A stretch of DNA of 64,000 bases, taken from positions 43,858-107,857 of the forward strand of contig CAVZEP010000008.1 in assembly GCA_963774275.1 (NCBI GenBank). Direction: 5' to 3'. Made by a program: the position numbers and the translations under genes. Each line of letters starts with the position of its first letter. Position 1 is the stretch's first letter. The notes under the pieces were generated by a model. That model searched no databases, was not told the origin of the DNA, and saw only the letters and a program-made list of their open reading frames with translations. The stretch comes from an uncultured Chloroflexia bacterium (GTDB lineage: Bacteria; Chloroflexota; Anaerolineae; Anaerolineales; UBA4823). Below are positions 28,722-37,046 of this stretch, piece by piece.

Positions 28722-29407
28722 CCCTGGATATAGCCACTCACAAGACCATATTGTTCCAGATCTTAAAAGGCATTTACGCCGATACCAGCATTTCCCCTTT
28801 TTTAGGGTTTAAAGGCGGCACTGCAGCCTTGATGTTTTATGGTCTGGACCGTTTTTCAGTAGATCTGGATTTTGATTTGTTAGATGAAAATCAAGAAGAA
28901 TATGTTTTTAATCGAATTATTGAGATTGTAAGGAATTTCGCCACTGTTAAAGAGGCTCGGAGAAAACGGTTTAATTTATTTATATTGCTATCCTATGAGG
29001 ATAAAGCCCGCAACATAAAAGTGGAAATAAACCGCAGGCAATACGGCTCCAGATACGAGATAAAAACATATCTGGGGGTTTCCATGCAAGTAATGGTTGT
29101 TGAAGATATGTTTGCCCATAAATTAATGGCGATGTACGAACGGATTGAGAAGACCAGCAGGGATATCTATGATGTGTGGTTTTTCCTTAAGTCCCGTACC
29201 CCGATCAATAAAAGAATCGTAGAAAATCGTGCCCAGATGCCTTTTAACCAATTGGTAGAGAAATGTATCAGGCAGCTCGAAAAAATGAATAATCGCCGTA
29301 CCTTAACCGGTATCGGCGAACTCTTGACCCTCAGCCAAAAAGATTGGGCTAAAGCTAAACTTCGAGAGGAAACCATTGCTTTATTGAAGCTCAGGATAGA
29401 GAGCTGA
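28718..29407 (+). CDS. AbiEii/AbiGii-family nucleotidyltransferase toxin (DUF1814)
   Basis: It carries the FKGGTAALMFYGLDRFSVDLDFD nucleotidyltransferase motif. GC is low (~40%). Confidence 0.75.
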   Translation: MTLDIATHKTILFQILKGIYADTSISPFLGFKGGTAALMFYGLDRFSVDLDFDLLDENQEEYVFNRIIEIVRNFATVKEARRKRFNLFILLSYEDKARNIKVEINRRQYGSRYEIKTYLGVSMQVMVVEDMFAHKLMAMYERIEKTSRDIYDVWFFLKSRTPINKRIVENRAQMPFNQLVEKCIRQLEKMNNRRTLTGIGELLTLSQKDWAKAKLREETIALLKLRIES

Positions 29408-29561
29408 ATTTAAAATCATCCTCACTGCTTGGCAGGATGGTTTGAAACGGCTTATTTCTGTGTAGTTATAACAGCTCGAATAAACAGCAATCTATCTATT
29501 AACTAATTATCATGATCTTAACATCCCACTCTGGGATGTTTTCGTCCCCCAGGATATAAAA

Positions 29562-30246
29562 TTATTCGGGAATGAGGTACCTCGTGCTGGCACCAGAAAC
29601 CTGCGCATACCTCCCCCGGTATTCCGCCGGCAGCAGGCTCGCCAGCTGGACCATCATCTCTTCCATCATCTGCTCCCTTATTGGGCGGGTCACTTTTTCG
29701 CCCGGGTCTCTCAGGCGGAAAGCCTTTCCCACCCGCATGTGAAAATCGGTCCGCTTCAGCCTGCGCAGGTTGTCTTTATAACCTTCCGCACCGTAAAAAG
29801 CCACCGGGATCAGTGGGGCGTGGCTATGCAGCGCCAGCAGCACCACTCCCGGGTGGGCGTCTCCCAACTGTCCATCGTGGCTGCGGGTACCTTCGGGAGC
29901 GATAATGAGTATCTTGCCATTTGCCAAAACTTCCAGCCCCTTGCGGATGGCAAGGATATCCGCCTCACCGCGATGGATGGGGATGGTCTCGGTTACATCC
30001 AACATCCAGCGTAACACGGGGATATTCCAACGCTCGGCCAGCACCATCCCATGCACATGGCGCGGCTGCAAGTGGGTATAAATGATGGGGATTTCCAGGA
30101 TATTGACGTGGTTGGTGTAGATGATCAGCGGTCCCTGGCGTGGCATCTTGCCCCAGCTCGGCATCATCGATGCGGCAGATCAAGCCGGTAATACATCGAA
30201 GAGTGATTATTACCAGGCAATGGGACAGGCGCTGGGAGAAGCTCAC
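29562..30246 (-). pseudogene. plsC: 1-acyl-sn-glycerol-3-phosphate acyltransferase (PlsC family); frame broken near 30147-30154
   Basis: From GTG 30246 the frame reads MSFSQRLSHCLVIITLRCITGLICRIDDAELG. The +1 frame continues KMPRQGPLIIYTNHVNILEIP...IAPEGTRS (ORF 29562..30167). Confidence 0.75.
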
Positions 30247-30248
30247 AT

Positions 30249-31181
30249 TCAGGCCTGTGCTTTGCAGATGATCTCAAGCTGGCGGGGTAGCACTTCCACC
30301 TCCAGGTGCGTGCCATCCTCGGAGATGATCTCACCATCGGTTTGGGCTGGCAGGGGACCATCCTGGGCTGTGATGCTGATTTTCGCTGCCTGCCCGGTTT
30401 TTATCGCCGCCTGGGTAGCCTGGTCACCACGCGTGAAATGCGGGATCATCTTGATCACTTCGAACGAGCTCATCTGCTCGGCGATGCACAGGTCAAACAG
30501 GCCATCATCGGGTTCGGAGTGCGGTGCCATCAGGAATCCACCCCCAAGGCGGCGACCGTTCATGATCGAGATCAGCAGGCTGCGCTGGGTCAAGGTCTTA
30601 TCGTCGTACACGGTGGTGGCCATGGGAGCCTTGTTATACAGGAAAACGGTTTTCAGCACCGCCACCATAAAACCTACGAAACCGCCCCAGCGTGGCAGCT
30701 TGTGCACTTCGATGGTGGTGATGGCATCAAACCCCACCCCCACGCAGTTGCCAAAATACCTTCCACCGGGGACCATGCCACCCGACACCTTGCCGATATC
30801 GATGGTACGGTGATGGTCATCCACCAATGCCTGCACTCCACCCTCAAGGTCGGTCGGGATGCCCATGCTGCCGGCAAAATCATTGCCTCGCCCCACGCAC
30901 AGCACACCCAGCGGTGGCAGGCTCAAGCCTTCCAGCTTGCACTGCATCAGCCCATTGATGACTTCGTTAACCGTCCCATCACCCCCTGCGGCGACCACCG
31001 CCTTAAAGCCATCCTTCACAGCCTGGCGGGTGATTTCAATGCCGTGCCCGATGCGTTCCGTACGAACCAGGTCATAGCTTACGCCGTGTTGGTTGAGTAG
31101 CTGTTCGATTTGTGGCAGCGCACGCAAACCATTGCCATTGCCTGCAGTTGGATTCAGGATGATCCTATAAGGGTTGGTCAT
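30249..31181 (-). CDS. Diacylglycerol/lipid kinase family protein (YegS/BmrU/DagK-like)
   Basis: The motifs are RIILNPTAGNGNG...VVAAGGDGTVNEV and a GRGNDFA block. Its stop directly abuts the PlsC start. Confidence 0.8.
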   Translation of the reverse strand: MTNPYRIILNPTAGNGNGLRALPQIEQLLNQHGVSYDLVRTERIGHGIEITRQAVKDGFKAVVAAGGDGTVNEVINGLMQCKLEGLSLPPLGVLCVGRGNDFAGSMGIPTDLEGGVQALVDDHHRTIDIGKVSGGMVPGGRYFGNCVGVGFDAITTIEVHKLPRWGGFVGFMVAVLKTVFLYNKAPMATTVYDDKTLTQRSLLISIMNGRRLGGGFLMAPHSEPDDGLFDLCIAEQMSSFEVIKMIPHFTRGDQATQAAIKTGQAAKISITAQDGPLPAQTDGEIISEDGTHLEVEVLPRQLEIICKAQA

Positions 31182-31285
31182 GCGCCGATTATATCAGCCA
31201 GTAGATTTTCACAATAGAGAGTTTCTTGCCTTTGCGACCATTCAGTAGTAAATTTAGGCAATCAAATTCCATTCGGAGGTACGCA

Positions 31286-32059
31286 GTGGATGAACTAAAA
31301 ATGCCGGTCTTGTTTATTGGGCACGGCAGCCCGATGAATGCCATCGAAGACAATGAATTCACCTCTGCCTGGATCGCAGCTGCTCTGGACATCCCGCAGC
31401 CAAAGGCGATCTTGTGCATTTCTGCCCATTGGGAAACCCAGGGGACGCAAGTCACTGCCATGGATGCACCCCGTACCATTCATGATTTCTATGGTTTTCC
31501 GCCTCCGTTGTTTGAGAAACAATACCCCGCCCCGGGCTCTCCAGACCTTGCCAACCGGATCACGAAACTGGTCAAGGGACACACAGTGCAGCCGGACCAC
31601 GCCTGGGGGTTAGACCACGGGACATGGTCGGTACTATGCCGGATGTATCCACAAGCTCGAATTCCGGTGGTACAGCTGAGCCTCGACCGCCTCTTGCAAC
31701 CTGACGAAGCCTATCATCTCGGTCGTGAGCTTCAGCAGCTGCGCCAGGAAGGCATCCTCATCATCGGGAGTGGCAACATCGTGCACAACCTGCGCATGAT
31801 GGTATGGGAAGATACTGCCTTCGATTGGGCAATGGAATATGATACCCTGGTGCGGCAATGGATCCTGGACGGGGACCATGTCCCCATCATTCACTATGAA
31901 AAGCAAGGCCGGGCAGCCATGCTGGCGGTAAATTCCGCCGAGCACTACCTGCCCCTGCTATATATCCTGGGATTGCAGGAAAAAGATGAACCGGTCAGCT
32001 TCTTTGCTGAAAAGCTGTGGGGCGGTTCGCTCTCGATGCGTTGCGTCAGGATTGGCTGA
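31286..32059 (+). CDS. 4,5-DOPA dioxygenase extradiol-like (YgiD; LigB-family class III extradiol dioxygenase)
   Basis: The motifs are PVLFIGHGSPMNA, ILCISAHWET and GSGNIVHNL. GGAGG at 31275-31279 precedes GTG 31286 (alternative ATG 31301). Confidence 0.8.
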   Translation: MDELKMPVLFIGHGSPMNAIEDNEFTSAWIAAALDIPQPKAILCISAHWETQGTQVTAMDAPRTIHDFYGFPPPLFEKQYPAPGSPDLANRITKLVKGHTVQPDHAWGLDHGTWSVLCRMYPQARIPVVQLSLDRLLQPDEAYHLGRELQQLRQEGILIIGSGNIVHNLRMMVWEDTAFDWAMEYDTLVRQWILDGDHVPIIHYEKQGRAAMLAVNSAEHYLPLLYILGLQEKDEPVSFFAEKLWGGSLSMRCVRIG

Positions 32060-32068
32060 GAGGGAAAC

Positions 32069-33181
32069 ATGAAACTAACCCAGGTGGAGACCCCGGCTGA
32101 GCTGAAATCCTTCATCGACCTGCCATACCGGTTCTATAAAGATGACCCTGTCTGGGTGCCGCCCTTGCGGGATGAACAGCGGGGGCAGTTTGATCGGGTT
32201 CGCAATCCCTTGTTGGACCATTGCGAGTACGCCCTCTTCCTACTGCAGGAAAACGGGGCTGTCATCGGGCGCATTGCAGCCTTTATTGATCAGCTGGCAG
32301 TTGAAGCCTGGGGCGAGCCGGTTGGGCTGTTCGGCTACTATGAATCACCCCCAGACCCTGATGCTTCGCGTTTGTTGTTGGATACTGCCCGTGGATGGCT
32401 CGCCCAGCGCAGCATGAAAGCCATGCGCGGTCCATGGAGCTTTGTCTCTCAGGAATGGGGAGCAGTGGTGGAGGGTTATTCTCCTTCACCGGTGGTCATG
32501 GCACCCTACAACCCTGCCTACTACAAGGAGCAGTTCAGTGCTTATGGGTTGGTCAAAGCCAAGGACCTGCTGGTTTACATCATCGATGCGCGCGACGGCT
32601 ACCAGATCCCCGAGCGCATCCTCACCCTGACCGACCGGGTGGCGAAGCGCTTCAATGTGCGTGTGCGCCAGCTCGACATGAAGAATTTCGATCAGGAGGT
32701 CGAGAACCTCATTACTCTCTCCAACCAGAGTCTGGTGAATAATTGGGGCTACTCACCCGTCACAGAGGCTGAAGTGCGTGCCATGGCACACGACTTGAAA
32801 CCGATCATCCACCCCAAGGCAGTGCTGTTCGCGGAAGACCAGCAAGGCAAGCCTATCGGTTTTGCGATTGCCATACCGGATGTCAACCTGATCCTGAAAG
32901 GCATGCATGGCAGCCTGTTCCCGTTTGGCTGGGCCAGGATGTTATGGATGCTGCCGCGCCTGAGGCAATATCGCATGTTTGCCCTGGGCGTTATCCCGGA
33001 ATACCATGCATTAGGTATCGATAGCTTGATCTACCGCGCCCTGTATGAATCGTGCTATACGGATGATATCCGCTTCGAGATCAATTATGTTCTAGAAGAC
33101 AACTACCCGATGAATAATGCCATCTTAAAATTAGGGGCAAAACCACTCCGCCGGTATCGAGTTTATGAGATGAATATTTGA
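32069..33181 (+). CDS. GNAT-like N-acyltransferase family protein (370 aa)
   Basis: The N-terminal pattern FIDLPYRFYKDDPVWVPPLRDEQ is one I recall being annotated as GNAT-family. The call is by resemblance only. Confidence 0.5.
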   Translation: MKLTQVETPAELKSFIDLPYRFYKDDPVWVPPLRDEQRGQFDRVRNPLLDHCEYALFLLQENGAVIGRIAAFIDQLAVEAWGEPVGLFGYYESPPDPDASRLLLDTARGWLAQRSMKAMRGPWSFVSQEWGAVVEGYSPSPVVMAPYNPAYYKEQFSAYGLVKAKDLLVYIIDARDGYQIPERILTLTDRVAKRFNVRVRQLDMKNFDQEVENLITLSNQSLVNNWGYSPVTEAEVRAMAHDLKPIIHPKAVLFAEDQQGKPIGFAIAIPDVNLILKGMHGSLFPFGWARMLWMLPRLRQYRMFALGVIPEYHALGIDSLIYRALYESCYTDDIRFEINYVLEDNYPMNNAILKLGAKPLRRYRVYEMNI

Positions 33182-33245
33182 AGGTATGCGGGGTCAGGCA
33201 GACAATTCCCTGCTTCCCCGATATGTTTATGAATGGAGGTTTCCA

Positions 33246-33569
33246 ATGCTGTTTTGGATTTATCTGTTGATTGCCATCCTCACCGAGGTGGTTGGCACGA
33301 CACTAATGAAGGTCTCCCAGGGGTTGACACGGCTCATCCCATCGGTGCTGATGTTCTTGCTGTATGGCATCAGCTTCGTCTTTATGGCCTTTGCACTTAA
33401 AAAGATTGAGGTGAGCACGGCTTATGCCATCTGGTCTGGGTTGGGCACCGCCCTGATTGCAATCATTGGTATTGTCTGGTTCCGCGAGTCGATCAACCTG
33501 CCCAAGCTGGTGGGGTTGGTACTGATCATTGGTGGTGTGGTTCTGCTTAATATAAAAGGAGCAAGCTGA
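33246..33569 (+). CDS. SMR-family small multidrug efflux protein (EmrE/QacE-like)
   Basis: The 107-aa protein has 4 TM segments and the conserved membrane Glu in ILTEVVGTTLMK. GGAGG precedes ATG 33246. Confidence 0.8.
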   Translation: MLFWIYLLIAILTEVVGTTLMKVSQGLTRLIPSVLMFLLYGISFVFMAFALKKIEVSTAYAIWSGLGTALIAIIGIVWFRESINLPKLVGLVLIIGGVVLLNIKGAS

Positions 33570-33594
33570 TCCAGCGCATTCCCTGGGTTGGTAT

Positions 33595-34035
33595 TTATAC
33601 GAGATCACTGATGCAGGCATATACTTTTGCTCGCATCTGTAAACGTTCTGCGTCAATTAGACCTTCAAAAACACAGAAGGTTTCGTTGAGCCAGCGATAG
33701 GGTTCTGCTTCTGCCTCGAAATTGACCGAGAGCAATTGTTTGCCTCGTTCCTGCTCGAACACCGTCCGACCCTGGAAGTGGACCAAAATAACCGCATTGT
33801 CGTTTGTTAAAATGATCCCATGAGCATCCGGCAGCATGCTACCATCATTCCGACGATGAGGGTGGTTCACCCAATGCATCCTTCCATTGATCCTGGGACC
33901 TGACACTGTCCCGGTTCCCTCTCCAAAACCTGTGCCTTCTTCACCACCATAGGGACGCACCAGCAAGAATTTCTCACCGGTAAGCGGTTCTTCAGTATAG
34001 ACCATATCCATATCACAGATAAATTCCAGCTGCAC
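33595..34035 (-). CDS. Small hypothetical protein, possibly DUF3237-like beta-barrel
   Basis: The 146-aa ORF has a GTG start, and G-x-G-x-V-x-GP...DG patterns resemble DUF3237. Support is weak. Confidence 0.4.
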   Translation of the reverse strand: MQLEFICDMDMVYTEEPLTGEKFLLVRPYGGEEGTGFGEGTGTVSGPRINGRMHWVNHPHRRNDGSMLPDAHGIILTNDNAVILVHFQGRTVFEQERGKQLLSVNFEAEAEPYRWLNETFCVFEGLIDAERLQMRAKVYACISDLV

Positions 34036-34355
34036 AGTGCACTTCCCGGTTTACATTAAACGAATGATGATTAGAATACAAGGCTTGCAATGATAACCTC
34101 TACACCTTTACTTCTGGGAGACAAAAATCAGGTGTAGCTGCATAAATTCCTATAATATAGATAATAATTATAGCATATTGACAATCGTGGCAAGCTGGTT
34201 TTTCTATAATACTCTCCAGCAGTGGTTGCCATGCCTGGCATCCGTCTCACAATACCCCCAACCGCGCAACTTACTATACCCTGATAAACCCCCATCCATT
34301 CAGCACAGTTCAAGATAGCAAAAATACTCGATATCCTTTAGCAACTACCAGGTAG

Positions 34356-34384
34356 TTGTCCCAATACCATGGTAATTGGGACAA
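34356..34384. promoter_or_regulatory. 29-bp near-perfect palindrome TTGTCCCAAT-ACCATGGTA-ATTGGGACAA; candidate regulator site upstream of the acs promoter
   Basis: The 10-bp arms are perfect and the centre has a 1-nt asymmetry. It is preceded by a second hairpin, CAACTACC-AGGTAGTTG (34342-34358), and lies 16 nt upstream of the -35. Confidence 0.45.
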
Positions 34385-34399
34385 TTAAGGCAAGAATAA

Positions 34400-34428
34400 T
34401 TGACAATCGGTTAGCTGGGTTGTACAAT
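34400..34428 (+). promoter_or_regulatory. Sigma70-type promoter, TTGACA (34400-34405) - 17 nt - TACAAT (34423-34428)
   Basis: The hexamers and spacing were read directly, 66 nt upstream of the acs ATG, which has an AAGGAG RBS. Confidence 0.55.
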
Positions 34429-34494
34429 ATTCCGAATTAAACAACCACCATTTATCGCCAATTCATTTCGTACAGAATCCCAAAGGAGATACTT

Positions 34495-36396
34495 ATGGAA
34501 GAGCCGGTGAAGAGCAAATTGGAGGGAGAAGTATTTTACCCATCTGCCGAAATTGTCAATGGGGCTTTAATTAAAGATTACGAAACACTCTATAAGCAGT
34601 CAATCCAAGACCCTCAAGGCTTTTGGGCAGAACGCGCATCAGAGCTAGAGTGGTTCAAGAAATGGGATAAAGTGCTGGATGACGGTAATCCACCATTCTT
34701 CAAGTGGTTTGTTGGTGGTGTGACTAACATCGTTCACAATGCAATTGACCGGCATTTGAAAACCTGGCGTAAGAATAAGCTGGCATTGATCTGGGAAGGC
34801 GAGCCCGGTGACTCGCGCACCTTCTCATACTTCGCCCTGAACCGCGAGATATGTAAGTTCTCTAATGTCCTGCGCTCGATGGGGGTTAAAAAGGGCGATG
34901 TCGTTACGATCTATATGCCGCGTATTCCTGAACAGGTGATTTCCATGCTGGCGTGTGCCAAGATTGGTGCGATCCATTCGGTTGTGTACGGGGGCTTCAG
35001 TGTGGAAGCACTGGCAGAGCGGATTGAAGATGCCGAAAGCCGGGTGTTGATTACCGCCGATGGTGGGTGGTTACGTGGTAAGGCTGTTGGGCTCAAGTCC
35101 ATCGCAGATGAAGCCATAGCTCGCCAACCGACCATTGAGAGCTGCATCGTGGTCAAACGCACAGGTCAGGATGTCTATATGGAAGCTGGACGCGACTACT
35201 GGTACCATGATCTGATGTCTTTACCGATCTCAAATCCGCTGTGCTACACGGAGCGCATGGATGCTGAGGATCCGCTGTTCATTCTCTATACCTCAGGGAC
35301 GACCGGTCGCCCAAAGGGAATTTTACATACCCATGGCGGGTACATGGTATATATTTATACAACGTTGAAGTACGTTTTTGACCTCAAGGATGAGGATCGC
35401 TTCTGGTGTGCGGCAGATCCCGGCTGGATTACCGGACATAGCTATATTGTGTATGCCCCTTTACTCAATGGTGCGACCCTGTTCATGTACGAGGGTGCGC
35501 CTACCCATCCCTACCCCAACCGCTGGTGGCAGATGGTGGAACGGTATGGCATTACCATCCTCTACACAGCTCCAACTGCCATCCGAGGCTTGATGCGTTA
35601 CGGGAATGCCTGGGCAAGGCGGCACGATCTGAGCAGCCTGCGCTTGTTAGGCACGGTTGGCGAGCCGATCAATCCCGAAGCCTGGAAGTGGTACTACACC
35701 GTTATAGGAAGTGAACGCTGCCCGATCATGGACACGTGGTGGCAAACTGAAACTGGCGGATTTATGATATCTCCATTGCCGGTCGTACCGCTCAAGCCGG
35801 GATCAGCCACCCGTCCGCTCTTCGGTATCGAGGTGGATGTGGTCAATGAGCAAGGGCAACCTGTTCCAGCAGGTGAGGAGGGGTACCTGGTGGTTAAAAA
35901 ACCCTGGCCGGGCATGCTGCGCACCATCTTTAAAGACCCTGAGCGCTACAAGAGCCTGTACTGGGGCAAATTTGGCGACATGTACCTGGCAGGCGACTCA
36001 GCCCGTAAGGACAAGGATGGCTACATTTGGGTGATTGGACGGATCGACGATGTGATCAAGGTCAGTGGTTATCGTCTTGGCACAGCGGAGGTGGAAAGTG
36101 CGCTCGTCAGTCATGCCGATGTGACTGAGGCGGCAGTTTTCGGGTTGCCCCATGACCTTAAAGGCAATGCTATTTATGCCTATGTGATCCTGCGTACTGG
36201 TGTCGAAAAGAGTGAGAAGCTGGTTGAAGAGCTGCGAAACCACGTGGCTCACGAGATGGGACCCATTGCCAAACCTGAACAGATCACTTTCGTCGATAGC
36301 TTACCCAAGACACGCAGTGGGAAGATTATGCGTCGGCTGCTCAAAGCCCGGGCTCAGGGATTACCAGAAGGCGATATCAGCACATTGGAAGATTAA
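34495..36396 (+). CDS. acs: Acetyl-CoA synthetase (AMP-forming acetate--CoA ligase)
   Basis: The 633-aa protein carries YTSGTTGRPKG, WWQTETGG, the GDSARKDKDGYIWVIGRIDDVI hinge and the SGKIMRR C-terminal Lys motif. Confidence 0.9.
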   Translation: MEEPVKSKLEGEVFYPSAEIVNGALIKDYETLYKQSIQDPQGFWAERASELEWFKKWDKVLDDGNPPFFKWFVGGVTNIVHNAIDRHLKTWRKNKLALIWEGEPGDSRTFSYFALNREICKFSNVLRSMGVKKGDVVTIYMPRIPEQVISMLACAKIGAIHSVVYGGFSVEALAERIEDAESRVLITADGGWLRGKAVGLKSIADEAIARQPTIESCIVVKRTGQDVYMEAGRDYWYHDLMSLPISNPLCYTERMDAEDPLFILYTSGTTGRPKGILHTHGGYMVYIYTTLKYVFDLKDEDRFWCAADPGWITGHSYIVYAPLLNGATLFMYEGAPTHPYPNRWWQMVERYGITILYTAPTAIRGLMRYGNAWARRHDLSSLRLLGTVGEPINPEAWKWYYTVIGSERCPIMDTWWQTETGGFMISPLPVVPLKPGSATRPLFGIEVDVVNEQGQPVPAGEEGYLVVKKPWPGMLRTIFKDPERYKSLYWGKFGDMYLAGDSARKDKDGYIWVIGRIDDVIKVSGYRLGTAEVESALVSHADVTEAAVFGLPHDLKGNAIYAYVILRTGVEKSEKLVEELRNHVAHEMGPIAKPEQITFVDSLPKTRSGKIMRRLLKARAQGLPEGDISTLED

Positions 36397-37046
36397 ACAA
36401 GAAGAAGCCAGCTTAACCTGATCCGCTCCCTGCTAGCTCGACCAGCGTTGAATGCCAGGCGGTTGAGCTCGACGTACTTGGGTGGTACCCGCCCGGTGAT
36501 TACGTTCAGCCAAATTTCAGCCGGCAGCTCGCTGCCTGCCAGTCCTTCCCGTTCCATCAGCGCCGAGAGGGCACCCAGCAGGACTACATTGGCTGCCCTG
36601 ACGTTCCCCAATCCCGAGGCAATGGCTTCACCATCCAGATAAATCACTTTCTGTGTCACCTGGGAGATCTTTTGACGCATGGTTTCATCATCGGGATAGA
36701 CCTGGCCTCCGGAGGTGACGGTCACTGGCTCAATGGCTGCCAGGTTGACCAGCGCCAGAGCACCCGCTCTCAGCTGGTTCAGGTTCCGTAATGCTTCAAC
36801 CTTCTCAAAGGCCAGCAGCACATCCACTTCTCCCCCACCTACCAGGGGAGAGTACACCGTCTGGCCCCAACGCACGAAGCTGGTCACGCTCCCACCACGC
36901 TGCGACATGCCATGCACTTCGGCTTGCTTGGCCTGGTAACCGACTGCCAGCCCCACGTTTACCAGCACATCACTGGCCAGGATAGTCCCTTGCCCGCCGA
37001 CACCCGCTAACAGAAAATTGATCGTTTCTCTCATGCTAAACCTCAC
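36393..37046 (-). CDS. iorB: Indolepyruvate:ferredoxin oxidoreductase, beta subunit
   Basis: The N-terminus reads FLLAGVGGQGTILAS, and the gene lies immediately downstream of iorA. The start may be ATG 37034. Confidence 0.8.
   Translation of the reverse strand: MRFSMRETINFLLAGVGGQGTILASDVLVNVGLAVGYQAKQAEVHGMSQRGGSVTSFVRWGQTVYSPLVGGGEVDVLLAFEKVEALRNLNQLRAGALALVNLAAIEPVTVTSGGQVYPDDETMRQKISQVTQKVIYLDGEAIASGLGNVRAANVVLLGALSALMEREGLAGSELPAEIWLNVITGRVPPKYVELNRLAFNAGRASRERIRLSWLLLV

Noticed and set aside
36393-36396. The convergent acs and iorB stop codons overlapping in the palindrome TTAA.
   Set aside because: This is probably trivial. The last ~12 iorB codons may be a read-through extension, and no structure or function is implied.
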